The position numbers were made by a program, and so were the translations under genes. From Eledone cirrhosa (taxonomy: Eukaryota), in contig OZ024740.1 of assembly GCA_964016885.1 (NCBI GenBank), positions 149,420,001-149,484,000 of the forward strand: a DNA stretch of 64,000 nucleotides. The letters run 5' to 3'. Under the pieces are notes generated by a model, which saw only the letters and a program-made list of their open reading frames with translations, had not been told where the DNA came from and did no database searches. Of the stretch, positions 23,336-36,806 are shown one piece after another; position 1 is the first letter of the stretch, and each line of letters starts with the position of its first letter.

Positions 23336-25608
23336 ATTATTTAGTTATACATGTTCAACATCAACAATATACTGCAGATATTGATACAGAAAGAAGCACG
23401 TAACTAAATAGTTATGCATTGACATTAAAAGCTTTCTCCACCAACGCCTACTCTTAAATCTGATGTTAAAAATAAGAAAACTAAAAAAATGCTAAAATAA
23501 CTGGATTTTTTAAACCTGTTTTTCGTTTGTTTTCTTTTTTTTTTAGAGATTTAACTAGTAAAGTTCGTAATATCGTCACGTTTTATCAGATGAGCAAAAT
23601 GGAAACTTGGAACTTGAAATAGTGTCTCCCCAGCCATTTCCTATCAAACTAATACCCTAAAAAATGACTTATTTTATTCAATCATAATAAATACTTTTTT
23701 TGCTTGTCGGTACCAATTTAATTTTACGAAACTTTACTTTTTAATCTAAGAGTAAAATTATAATCATCTTTTATTAGATACTCATGTGATATTGTCACGA
23801 CACTAGAAATAAAATTTGAAGACATCTACAAACATTAATATTTGGTTATACACGACTCTGGAGTTTTTCGCCTATAGTTACTTAAGGGTTATGCAATGTT
23901 CATTGAAATATCAGGGACAAAGAGATAAAAATAATACTGCTATTTTGTTTCAGCCCTTTGAGATTAGTAATCGAATGAAACCATGGGAAGTGTTGATGTT
24001 CTCGACAGCTGTTATTTTTCTAAGGACAGATAGATCAAAGTTATGAATAGAGTATATAGGAAGAGAAATATAGTAAGACTTTCAATAAGAAAGACGAGTG
24101 TAAGTGTATTGAATAGCTTTAATGCAAATAGTAATTCAGAGGATCAAAGATCATTGTAGTAACAATAAAAGAGGCAGTGAAAAGGAAGCTTAAGAATTAA
24201 TACAGTGGAAGACGGGTTCCCCAGAATGACAATTGTTCTTCAATCATACACGGAAACCACCAGCAGCCAGTTATTTTTTCTTTCATGTATGTTGTCCTTA
24301 ATGTAATGTCCTTAATGAAAATAGTTTCAGATGTGTAAGCAGTACTCGAGTGAAATTAATATATTATCTTCCTTTTGTTGAAATTGTTAATCCCTATTCT
24401 GCTAAGAAAATCTTGTGCTTGTTGTACACATTTTACAGAGTCAAAATTATAAGTAGTACTCACAAAGTTATCTGAGGTAAGGAAATCATTTAGGAAGGAA
24501 AGAATTTGAGTCATGATCAACTCTGGATTCATCAGCTAATAGTAAATGTAGTGAAAGATCAGAAGTTACAGTGTTGGCTATTGACTGGGGCATGTGACAA
24601 TACCCTTACTGTTGGTGCCATGGTGAAATGTGCCCAGTACCTCCTATAGTGTTAGTGTTAAGATAAAACGCACCCAATAAATTCTGTAAAGTGGTATTGT
24701 TAGTGCCAGTAAAGTAATGGCATTAGGATGTGTATCTAGCCATATAAACCATGTCAAATATGTAATATATGAGCAAGATGAGGCTGCTCTGATCCATCTG
24801 ATCTTAGACTGGCATAACCCATCCAAAATATTCCAGCATGGAAAGCAGATATAAAATTATGTTGATGAAAGCACTTAGATCTTTGTGGTTATTTTTATGA
24901 CCAATCTTTCCTTTGGATGGGTAGTTTTGATTGAATCAATTACAGTATATTAGTTTCTTTTTATAAGCTTCAGATGATTAGAAAGTAAATTCAATTTCAA
25001 TCGGAAGGAACTAAATACTGTAAGGTAATTTATGCACTGCAATCTCTGCCAATTCACTCATTAATAATATACTTAAAACTAATAATTAAAACATGTACTA
25101 TGTTAATGTTCCCATATGTAAAGTTTGTTTCAGATACAAACACCTGAATGTCAAAATTCTTAAAAACTAAAATTCATATGGCTTCTTTGCAAGATTATAA
25201 TGGACCAAAACATCTCCATAGTTTTCCTTTGCCTATAACCAGAGATGACACGTTCTAACCCCAAGCCTATGAAATAACTGAGAAACAAATATTTCATTTC
25301 TTGAAAATATCTCCCCTTTACTTTGATAGTCCTTAACAATCACCGCTAGGTTTTTGTTTTCTTTTTCCATTAAAGAGAGACGTTTCAATTCAAACTTTTT
25401 TTGCATTTGTCATTCATTAATTACTCCTTGATTTAATTATTCCCTAAAATATGTTATTCCACGATTCAAAAGCAACTTTTGTCATATGTGAAATATAAAG
25501 ATACTACAAACCCCCATCCCAGATTTATAATAAACTGGGCTTCTTTCTGTAGAAATCAAAAATCCTTTAGATATCTTCAGTGTGGTTCCCCAATCAAAAC
25601 TGAAAACA

Positions 25609-25721
25609 GCACACACAAAAAAAAAATCAAATAAAATATATTTATTATACAAAAAAAGTACAGTTCTCATGATAAAGATATGGAATGTAGTACATTTGTA
25701 ATACATATATTAGGATTTATT
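25609..25721 (-). terminator. Candidate polyadenylation signals of the claudin-like gene (3' UTR about 2.5 kb)
   Basis: Minus-strand AATAAA at 25716-25721 and 25641-25646 followed by a T10-GTGTGTGC U/GU-rich tract. A more proximal AATAAA lies at 27596-27601. Confidence 0.35.
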
Positions 25722-26839
25722 GAATATATAAAAAATTTACTTAAAACAAAAATGCTTTAAGAAAAGAGGTAAAAAATAACTATTACTAATTCATAATCTA
25801 ATTTTCAAATATTCATCTTGACCAAAATGGTAAAATGTTTTTATATAAGTGAAAATTAAAATTTTTATATCAAAATATAGGTGTAAACATTATTATGGAT
25901 CTTAAGTTCTCATCCTAATTATTGACTCAAAATGTCTGATCAGTTTCATTCTACTATGGCATAATTTCCTAATCAATTATACAATATAAATTTTTGCATA
26001 AATCTACTAAAGGTTTTGGAGATTCCGGATGAATGATCTTTCAAAGTGTTTAAAAAATGCATGAATATAAACTTTAATGCTTTGATTATGGAAACACTTT
26101 GAAAGCAACAATGCTTACATTGGACTCTTTTGAGCAACAATAATATTATTCAATGGGAACTCCTCTAAATTAATTATGTTCAATCACACAAACCCATCTG
26201 CCTTGAAATAACGTTCCTGACAGCTACTCTGAGATCAGAAGAACATTTCCCTTAACATAAAAAAAAAAAATACAATTCATGATAAGTTGCAATTTTTTCC
26301 CCCTTAGATCAGCAGGCTATTATGATTTGCTCATTCTCTGTTACCATTAAAGATGTCAGAGAGTTTTGTAGATGATTTTCAATGAAAAGTTCAGACAACA
26401 TAAGCATAAAAAAAACAAAAAAACTATTATGAAGAGAATGCTGAAATGGACACGTGCAATGTCAGTGGACTGCTTCCATTCTATATCATTTATATAAAAT
26501 ACTTAAAGAAAGAATTGGCTTACAACTGAAATGGTTTGTACTGAGACCACTGAACAAGTGAGTACAGATTGGAATTTAGAATGTCCTGAAATGTTTTTAA
26601 TAGAATACCTACTACTGCATAAATTATTTTATCATGCAGGGGTTAGGATCCTAGTATTATCCACCTATTTCATAGCCACTGATATATACATATATATACA
26701 CTACCACAATTAGCATGACAGTATTATTTTCGTTTTAATTAAAATTATAGGAGCCAATACAAAGTTGAATAACAGATGTTATATGTTATACCATGTCTAA
26801 ATGTCTGATGTTAGAGAACATTATTATCTGTCTAATAAT

Positions 26840-27030
26840 TGTTTCTACTTTTGGCACAAGGCTAGCAATTACCCCCAGTGTATTACTGGTACTTTATTTT
26901 ATCGACCTCCGTAAGGATGAAAGGCAAAGTTAACCTCGGCAGGATTTGAACTCAGAATGGCAAGGGCCATAACTATGCATCAAAGCATGGCCTCCGACCC
27001 TCTACCAATACTGCCAATCCACCGCCCCTG
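26840..27030 (-). mobile_element. tRNA-derived SINE with 16-bp TSD, in the putative 3' UTR
   Basis: TSD TTATCTGTCTAATAAT at 26824-26839 and 27031-27046. Confidence 0.9.
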
Positions 27031-27126
27031 TTATCTGTCTAATAATAAAAAAAATTAAGATGTGGGTATATCACCTTATAAAATGGATGTGCTGTATAAA
27101 AGTTTATTCAAGTAAAATTAGTTTAA

Positions 27127-27347
27127 CCCTTTAGCATTTACATTACTCTATTTTTACTATTGTATTTTTGTGGTAAAGGCTTTATCTTACATAATTATCT
27201 TACATAATATCGAATCTATGAGATTTTGATGTTATTTATTTTGAGAACAATAACTTAAAGTTGGTATGAGTGGCTGGTTACGGCTTGTTTGAACAAAAAG
27301 AGGTGAGAGAATTCTGGGCAGATATGGCCGGTTTGAATGCTAAAGGA
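27127..27347. mobile_element. piggyBac-like MITE
   Basis: TTAA|CCCTTTAGCATT...AATGCTAAAGGA|TTAA. Confidence 0.75.
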
Positions 27348-28181
27348 TTAATATTTGCTAGATATAAAATCATGAAATCATATGGGCTAAATATCAGCCT
27401 ATATTCCTTAAACAAAACTTTTAGTTATATTACTGTTTTGCAGCATATACAAATAGTTGAAACAAAAAAATATATAATATATCTAAGGTTTGATATTTCT
27501 TTGATCAGACTGCAAGCACCATTTACAATAAAATAAAAATCAACGAAGTGAATATGTCAAATTAGAAAAAAGTGACTTATATGAAACATCGAACCTTTAT
27601 TGTATATATTATCATCATGATTATTAATTATAGATAACTAATGATTGAATTGAATATTGTGATATTGGCAACTTTAAAATTAAATTCAAGCCTAAACATT
27701 TTCCAATACAAATCAACAAGTGGTCTTATGTTGCATCTACTCAGATTCTTCTATTATCCACACTAAATTATAAAAGAATGTTTAATGAATGTTAAAATTA
27801 TTTAAATTAATGAAATAGGTTTGTTTTAATAGGAATATTTTAATTATTAGTCAATAAAACTTACATGCTTATATTTCCAACATGTTTTTAAAGGTTATAT
27901 GTTTAAAATGGTTCTTTCAGATTGGAACACTCTACTGCATTTTAAGATGAAACATTAAAAAATATATGAAGTTATCTTTTTTTTTTATACAAAAGATTAA
28001 TAAAAGAATATATTTACAAAAGAAAGATTGACAGTAATTGTCAGATCTTGGAAACTGTGTTTATATAACCAAGCAATAATATCCACACAATCTCCAAGAT
28101 AATTACACAGATGGAGTTATAAAAGTTAGAAAAGAATATAACAGTTCAATTTGTCTTATATTTTCCACTGTTAATTGCCTA

Positions 28182-28402
28182 TTAATAGCGTTGCATGCGA
28201 TGTGCTTTAGAGTCTGCATTTTGATCATGTGATGAACTGATGCTTGACACAAGCAAGTTCATTGCTGCAAACAGGGAGAAAAAGCCAGAGAGTACACATA
28301 TTCCAAAAGACCAAGATAAATAATTCTGATCAGGACGAGGCATCCACTGTCGATCTTCAGACATTACTCCAAACACTATCAGGGATATTGCAATAAGTAG
28401 AC
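28182..28402 (-). CDS. Claudin-like protein, coding exon 3 (ECL2, TM4, C-terminal tail)
   Basis: Acceptor cttttctttcaaacag|GT CTA; GLLIAISLIVFGVMSEDRQWMPRPDQNYLSWSFGICVLSGFFSLFAAMNLL...RMQRY-stop. The W-P...LSWSF motif is typical of invertebrate claudins. Joined CDS is 630 nt. Confidence 0.92.
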
Positions 28403-29802
28403 CTGTTTGAAAGAAAAGACAAGTTTTAAATGTAAACAAATTGTGAGATCAAATTTAGAAATCTTTAATACAAATTAATTCTATTCTTGTTATTCTGGAT
28501 AAAATTTTCAAAGTAACAATTTCAAAGAACCATTCTTAATGCTTACTGATAAGTAGGTACAACAATAGCACACTTCTTATCAAAGAAATCCTCAAGAACT
28601 AACTGAAATCTCTTTACCCATTGTTATCAACAGCCAATTAAATACTCAATGTTGCAGCTTCAATTAATTGTTGAAAAGATCTTTTTTATTTATTTAATTC
28701 TAATGTTTTAATTATTGCTACCAAATTTTCTGCTTTCTTCAACTTCAAGTTGTCTGCAGTTATAGCTTTATTATAAGTCTTCGGTTTTGTGTATAAAGTT
28801 GGGGAAAACATGAATTAGAAGAGGGTGTTTCATTTAAGTATTACAACATATGGCAAATTTAACTCATCAATTAATATGATGATATCATATATACAATTTA
28901 TTATATACATAATCACCATCTCAAAGCAATTATATATAACTCTAGTAAAATACATTTATACTCATATTTTGTTGAATACCTTGTAAACCTCAAGTTACAA
29001 CTCTCTCACAAAACTAATGTAGCATGAGTCTGTAAGAGTCCAATTCATATGCAAGGTGTATCATGATTTTCATTTCCCAACAATGTACATCTTAATTTCA
29101 ATAAGAACATCCCCATTGGAATTAAAATATTAACATATTAAAATATTAACAAATATTAAAATATTAACAAATAATGTTGCTGGGCCAATTTTACACATCA
29201 TGCAAAGAACATCCAGCACTATAAGTTGAAGTAAAACCCTCATAAATGATGATCAAGATGTTCAGATGGTTGTTGGACTGAAAATCTGCTCAGCCTATAC
29301 TAACATAAATAAACAAACTCACAAATATAATGATGATGATGACATATAATTGTTTCTACTTTCTTATAATTGTTTCTACTTATGATGACCTATGTAATGG
29401 TATCTATACATCTCCTTACATGTTTATCAATAACTCACATTTCCATAACTTCTCAACCCTTTAAATACCAACCTACATGAGATCCACTGCAATAGAGTGC
29501 TTATATTAAAATTAAAATCTCAAATCAGGAAGAAATTACTGTGCACATGGCTTTCACTAGCCCTTCTATACCAGTCAGATCAATAGAGTTAATGTTCTTG
29601 AAACGCTGCAAATTTATGGGTGCAAGAAAAACTTGGACAGAAGGGATTCTAGAGGACTGACAATTTATAGATGCAGAATTTGAAAATCTGGTTAATGTGG
29701 ATCCTTGAGGAGATACAGGTAAAAATTAGGAGTTTGAATAGAGATATCATAAGACTAACCAGTAAGTAGCAGTAAAAACAAACAAAAAACAATGGTCCAT
29801 AG

Positions 29803-30031
29803 CAGGTTTGCCAGGTTAGGCTACATATGGTGGATCACACTACTTTTCAAAATTGCACAACACACCACAATTTGTGTATATTTATTTTTATAATTTGGGC
29901 TACTTGCTATTTTAAAAGTAAGAATCCTATTGAATATCATATTAAAATATCAAATGCAACCTTAAAATTTTCATTCCACTACTTTTTGAAAATTTTGTGA
30001 TAAGTTTTATGAAATTGACCTGGCAACCCTG
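29803..30031. mobile_element. MITE with CAGGGTTGCCAGG-type TIRs (hAT-like)
   Basis: CAGGTTTGCCAGG ... CCTGGCAACCCTG. Confidence 0.6.
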
Positions 30032-30531
30032 TGTTGATAATAAAAGATTTCAGTTGGCTAACACCAACACAGTATATATATACAACTATAAAAAAAATAA
30101 CAGACATTTTGCTAAAAACTCCAAAATCTTAATTATAATGAAAATTGATAAAAACCCAGTCTCTTTATAAAAAAAATATAGTCCTAAAAGTATTTTTCAA
30201 ACATGACAATTTTTACAAATGGAAAAATTTTCTAATTGACTACAGGAAAGTTATATTTTATCAAAAAAATCTAAACACTATTCTATACATATCCCTGTGG
30301 TAGTAGTAACATAGGAATTTGCTCCGTATTTATTTTTTTATAGAAGCCAATACGTAGACTACATTTCTTTTTTACTTTCTCAGAAACAGGTTTTTCAATA
30401 AATTCACTAAATAGCTGAACAAGCATTTTGAAGACATAGCCATTAACTATGCTGTTTTTTAAAGGGTAGATAAATTAAATAAAAAATTGAGTCATGACAC
30501 AAAGATGTGGTATGAACAGATTCATTTAGCC

Positions 30532-30836
30532 CAGTCATGGGCAACCTGCAGCTCATGGGCCGCATGCCTCCTGTGAAACTTTCTGAATGGCTCACCTAAG
30601 TCACCTAAGTAAAATCTTTCCGATTTTTTTACCCCAGCTTTTCAGTCGTAATTTATCTTTCTATCATTTTTACGATCGAAGAAAACAATGTGTATGAATT
30701 CTGAAGAAAATCAAAACAACCCGAGTTACCGTCCTTTCTTTAATGTGGGCATGAATGTAAATTAGCGCTTGCAGCCCGCCTAATGATGAACCATATCTCA
30801 TGCGGCTTGCTTCTTGAAAAAGGTTGCCCATGCCTG
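30532..30836. mobile_element. hAT MITE with 8-bp TSD
   Basis: TIRs CAGTCATGGGCAACCT / AGGTTGCCCATGCCTG; flanks ATTTAGCC / ATTTACCC. Confidence 0.8.
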
Positions 30837-30938
30837 ATTTACCCTCTAATTAACTGATTTCAAAAATAAATTTCACAATTCAGATCACTTGATTATATTT
30901 TAGCTAATACATGGAACAAACCATTTTCATAGCATAAA

Positions 30939-31610
30939 CATCATCATCACCGTTTTACATCAATTTTTCCACGCTAGCATGGGTTAGACGGGTTGTCCTG
31001 TTGTGGGCAATGTTAGGTCAGGTGACCATGTCTTGCACATACAGAACTGATTTTGGCTTGGTTTCTACAGCTGGATGCCCTTCCTAACACCAACCTCATT
31101 TACAGTTTGAGTACTGGATGCTTTTTGTAGTGTCACTAACAACACTTTACAGTGCAGACTGGGTGATTTTTATCATGTCACTAACACGACCACTTCACAG
31201 TGTGGACTGGGTGCTTTTTTGTCATAACACCTACATGACCACTTTACAGTGTGGGGACCACTTTACAGTGTGAGCTGAGCGCTTTTTGCCATGTCACCTA
31301 CATGACCACTTTACAGTGTGGGCTGGGCGCTTTTTGCCATGTCACCATCACAACCACTTTACAGTGTGGGCTGGATGCTTTTTGCCATGTCACCATCACA
31401 ACCACTTTACAGTGTGGGCTGGGGCCTTCACTGGATGCATACATCGTACTGCTCTCATGGAAGATGTATGGGAGGGTGGTACATACTGTGTATATGCTTC
31501 AGTTTTGGCCTGTGCTTGTGGGGAGTCAGATCTTTAGTATTAGTGCATAACGCCAGAGATCTCGGACTTTGAAAGGTGCAATTGGACAAAGTCAGCTTTT
31601 ATCACCTCAA
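30939..31610 (-). mobile_element. RTE LINE 3' end (family B, TGA-repeat tail) with expanded ~48-bp internal tandem repeat
   Basis: Matches 35398-35820; repeated ACCACTTTACAGTGTGGGCTGG...TTTTGCCATGTCACC units at 31100-31425. Confidence 0.8.
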
Positions 31611-31877
31611 GGGGTATCAAAGAGGACGACAACATCTTGATGAAATAGTTACAGTACACATCTAATTCTGAAGTGGATTAGGGTTTTGCAGGTCACACAG
31701 CAAAGAGTTTTATATATTTTTTAATGGTTTGATGTGGCTTCAGACATCACAATGGCGATTAGTAGAACTTTGAATATTTTAAAACAATTCATTAATGCAC
31801 AATTTTACTTTTACTGAAACTAATTACAATATTGAAACATTTTCTGGGAAATAGCCCACATTGTCAAATAAGAATCC

Positions 31878-32163
31878 AGCAACCATCAGAATAGTGAGGG
31901 AGATTTTCCTGCAAGCTTTTTTCTCTGTTAATAAGCAACTATCAGAATAGTGAGGGAGATTTTCCTGCAAGCTTTTTTGTCTGTTCATAAGCAACCATCA
32001 GAATAGCAAGGTACATTTTCCAGCAAGCTTTTGTGTCTGTTAATAAGCAACCATAAGAATAGTGAGGGAGATTTTCCTGCAAGCTTTTTTCTCTGTTAAT
32101 AAGCAACCATCAGAATAGTGAGAGAGATTTTCCTGCAAGCTTCTTTGTCTGTTAATAAGCAAC
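31878..32163. repeat. 56-bp minisatellite, 5 copies
   Basis: AGCAACCATCAGAATAGTGAGGGAGATTTTCCTGCAAGC... starts at 31878, 31934, 31990, 32046 and 32102. Confidence 0.92.
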
Positions 32164-35100
32164 ATGATGCACAGATAATTCCACATTTCACTACAACTTG
32201 ATCCTTTATAAATAAGCATCATCCACATATAACCTCACATCAGATGTACACTGCTTCCAGAAACAATAGATTGGAGAACTTTATTCAGTGGAAAGATGAC
32301 AACCTAACATATGTCAACGGCACGAAGATATAATTACTACATATATCAAGATACAACTAAAACTTTAAAAGTCACTACAAATGTATCTGGAAATTTTGTA
32401 TGCAAACTTAACATAAATAACTACAAAACCATGTAAAAAAAAAAAAAAATAAGATTCTTCTTCAGAGTTAAGAAACACTTCAGTCCTGATCAAATGCTGG
32501 CCTTAGACAAGGTACAAATAAGACCTACGTCAAAAGTATCGACTGACTTCATTACAGTCATGGAAACATGGGTACATTCCTTACTCTGTGATGGGGTTTT
32601 CAGCATAACTGGCTACAACTTGTTTCGTAAAGACTACATTAATCGTGGTGGTGGTGATGGTGGTGGTGTAAAGGTCTACGTTCATACAAACTTTTCAGCA
32701 ATTCCCTGTGTTGATTTGAACCAAACGCAGCAAGAAGTATATTTCTGCGATATACGTATGACCATGTCAACATTGCTACTTGGAGTCGTTTACTGTCCCC
32801 CAAATTACCATCAGGTCACTCAACTTTGTGATATCGTCAGAGCTGCTGCCAGGAAAACAGCCACTTATGTTTTTATTGCAGGGGACTTCAATCACCCTAA
32901 GATTGACTGGAAAACCTTTTGTTGGCTGCAAAGTGCAAATGATTTCCTTGAGCTAGTGCTGGACTCGAACTGGTCCCAAGTAGTCACCTCCCCAACAAGA
33001 GGTGACAACACTTTGGATTTACTCTTCACCACTACTCCTGAGGAACCTTTAGGTGACTCTGATCATGCTATGATCATTGCCAATCTGTCCCTCATGGGCA
33101 GTAACAAAACCCACAACCATCTCCAAACTGCTCACTTTGACTGGAATAAAGCAGACTGTAACTGTTACTGCACCGAGCTGCAACATCCAAACTGGCTTCA
33201 ATTTTATGACTCTGGAGATGTCAACACTGTACTCCAGAACCTCCTCAACTCAATATGGACAGCATGTGCAGCATCGGTGCCATGTAAGCAGAAAAAATAT
33301 CCCAAAAGTGCAATTTGGGAGACTGCAGCAGTCCGTCTAGCCAGGAGAACCCGTCGTAATGCTGAACGTGAGTACAAACAGCATAAATCAGATATCAATA
33401 GGAAAAAGCGAAATAAATCATTCAACCATCTCAAGGAGGTGACAAAAAAAGGCAGTGCTTGAATTTGAGCAGCACATAGCAACCAACCCTAACAGTAAGG
33501 TGTTTTGGAAGTATGTACACTCAAAGCAGAGGCCTCACTCTCCAGTTGGTCCTCTTTGCAATCCCCACACAAGCCAAATTACTGATGACTCCAAGGAATG
33601 CACAGAACTCATTGCTGAATGCTATGCAGGCATTTTCACTGTTGAAGACCAAAGTGTACCATCTGCACCACCTCTGATATCGGATTCTATTACAACCATG
33701 GAATTTACACCGGCAATGCTGCAACGTCACCTTAAAAATAAATGCAACCATGCCTCTGCAATGGGTGTGAAGGATGATCTTTTTAACTGATTGATGTCCT
33801 TCATTCTCAGTCGAAGAGAGGTAGTCACGGTTCTAAGACAGCATTCCTCACCATATGAGATGTCATCTAGTGTACCACAGGGATCTGTTCTTGGCCCCCT
33901 TTTGTTTGTGGCATATATTTATGACACAGATGCCAACTTAAAGAATGCCACAGTACTGAAATATGCAGATGACATCAAGCTGTACCTTGAGATAAAAAGG
34001 ATCCTGAACACTATAGATCTTTCCTGCAATCAGACCTGGACACAATGCAATAATGGATCATGGACTGGCAACTCAAGTTGGATATGGACAAGTGTACCAC
34101 CATGCATTTTGTTAGTAAAAACCCAGCGTCCACATACTCCCTTCACAACACTAATATCAAGAAGTCTTTTTGCGAACGTGACCTGGGCATTACTGTCAGC
34201 AGCAATTTGCGTTGGACGAAGCACATCTCTAAAATTGCTAAGAAGGCTGAGGGTACCTTAGCATCACTCAGCAGCTCTCCAGCTATCTATATAAAGCTGT
34301 ATATAGCTACACTTAGAATTTGCATCACCAGTCTGGAATCCCTATCTTGCTCAGAACATTTACCGCCTGGAAACTGTTCAGAGACGTGCAACCAAGCAAA
34401 TACCCTCCATCAGGCATCTACCATACTCTGAACGCCTTGCTTCCCTGGGCATGGATGCATTGAAGCTCTGATGTCTGGCAACTGACTTGGTAAACACCCA
34501 CAAAATCATTAACCATCTTGACAACAACAACCCTGAGCACCTTTTTGATTTCCATGTGTCTAACACACGTGGCCATGCCTACAAAGTCAGAAAACAGCAC
34601 AGCTCCCGTGACTTTTGGAAACATTTTTTCACGCTCAGAATTGCTGAAGCATGGAAAAAACTACCTGTTAGCTGTCGAGATACTGCATCCTTTAACCCTT
34701 TAGTGTTCAAACCGCCCAAAATTATTTCCCCTTCATTTGTTCAAACCGCCCGATAACACCCACACTAAAATAAAACGTTCTAAAAATAAACAAACCATGA
34801 TCAAAATCTCGTCAATTTGAGATTACTGCGAGATTAGGCCCTTACCGCAAAAATTAACACTTAATATAGTGAAACAACTTAAAAGAACAAGTGTTTTTTT
34901 AACTTTGAACGTACAACAAATTTTTTTTTTGTATCAACATTGCTTATGAAAGTAGCGATACCGACTTTGAAGGTTTTACACACGACGACATTCAGAATAA
35001 ACAAGAAACAAATGATAATATTAGTGATTTATCTTCAAATGAATCTGGTGTTTATATTTCTGAAATTTCGTCCAACGATGATTGTTTTGAAAGTGAAAAC

Positions 35101-35397
35101 GAAGGAGATCTCCAGGACGCCATTGAACATAATATAGCAACGTGGTTGAAAATACCACACTAATATATGATCCCAATTTTATTCAAAATACTGGTCCACA
35201 ATACACATTAGCTCCCGATGCTAAAGCACTGATTTATTTATTTTTATTTATAACACAAACTTTCTTCGAAGTTGTGGCAGAAGAGATTAATCGATATGCC
35301 CAACAACAGATTTCAAATCGAGGAAAACCCGATTTGTTTGGCGACCGACAGATGCTATGGAAATGCAAGCATTTTTTACCATAAATATTATGTTCAG

Positions 35398-36316
35398 TCA
35401 TCATCATCATCATCACCGTTTTACGTCCGTTCTTCCACGCTAGCATGGGTTAGACGGGTTGTCCTGTTGTGGGCAGTGTCTGGTCGGCTGACCATGCCTT
35501 GCTCATACAGGAACTGATCTGGCTTGATTTCTACAGCTGGATGCCCTTCCTAACACCAACCTCATTTACAGTGAGTGCTGGGTGCTTTTTCGTGGCGCCT
35601 ACACGTCCACTTTACAGTGTGGGCTGGGTGCTTTTTTGCCGTGGCACCTCCACGACCACCTTGCGGTGGGGGGGGGGGGGGGGCATATTGTTTATATGCT
35701 TCAGCATGTACCCATGGGAGGTCGGGTACCCTGTATTACTGCGTGACGCCAGAAGTCACGGTCGTGTGTCATTGACTTTGAGAGGTGTAGTTGGGTAAGG
35801 TCGGCTTTTATCACCTCATCCCAAGTCATCTTGGGTCTCCCCACTCCGCGGTTTCCATCAACTTCTAGTGCTCTGCACCTTTTTATGCAGCTGTCATCCT
35901 TCATACGCATCACATGTCCATACCAGTGTAACCGCCTCTCCTGCACGCAGCATTTGATTCCTCTTATGCTCAGTCTCTCTCTCAATTCATTTATGCTTTG
36001 TCGTTCACGTATATTACTGTTACACATCCATCGGAGCATGCAGGCTTCGTTTCTCTCTAATCTACGTAAGTCTTCCACCTTCAGCGCCCAGGTCTCACTA
36101 CCATGCAACATCGCTGTTCGGATACACGCATCATACAGTCTGCCTTTCATTCTGAGGGAGAAGCCTTTTGCAGCTAGCAGTGGTAGTAGTTCCCTAAACT
36201 TCTTCCATCCCGTTCTTACCCTAGTTATTGTACTTTCTGAGCACCCACCTCCGTTGCTAATTCGGTCACCTAGGTAGCAGAAGCTGTCTACTGTTTCTAC
36301 AGGGCCCTCCCAGAGA
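35398..36316 (-). mobile_element. 5'-truncated RTE LINE (family B) inside the piggyBac element
   Basis: Uninterrupted ~200-aa frame VDSFCYLGD...MLHGSETW...RLHWYGHVMR...GRPKMTW, 3' UTR and TGA-repeat tail. Confidence 0.9.
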
Positions 36317-36623
36317 TATAAAACAATTTCCAAGACTGGAATTACTGGAAGGTTTAGTGATCCTTATATATCAAGTATTATGCCGAAAACAACGTATTTA
36401 AAATTAAACCAGTATTTGCACCTGGTTGATACTTCATTAATTAATTTCACCTGCCGATAAAAGTCAAATTTGACCAAAAAAAAATCAGGTAAAATTATAT
36501 AATTGTAAATTATTGATATTTAAACATCTACTGACAAAATTTCAAGCCTGCACATAGAAAATTAAGAAAATTACAAACAAATAAAATTGATAACCCTCTT
36601 GAGCATGATTAACTCAAAATAAT

Positions 36624-36806
36624 TGTTTCTACTTTAGGCACAAGGCCAGCAATTACCCAGTGCATTACTGGTACTTTATTTTATCGACCCCGTAAGGATG
36701 AAAGGCAAAGTTAACCTCGGCAGGATTTGAACTCAGATCGTAAAGGGACGTAACTATGCTGGAAAGCATGGCATCCGACCCTCTACCGATACTGCCAATC
36801 CACCGC
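36624..36806 (-). mobile_element. tRNA-derived SINE with 17-bp TSD inside the piggyBac element
   Basis: TSD GATTAACTCAAAATAAT at 36607-36623 and 36807-36823. Confidence 0.92.

Noticed and set aside
31878-32163. CRISPR-like array (also 31100-31425)
   Set aside because: Contiguous tandem units without unique spacers, eukaryotic context and no cas genes.
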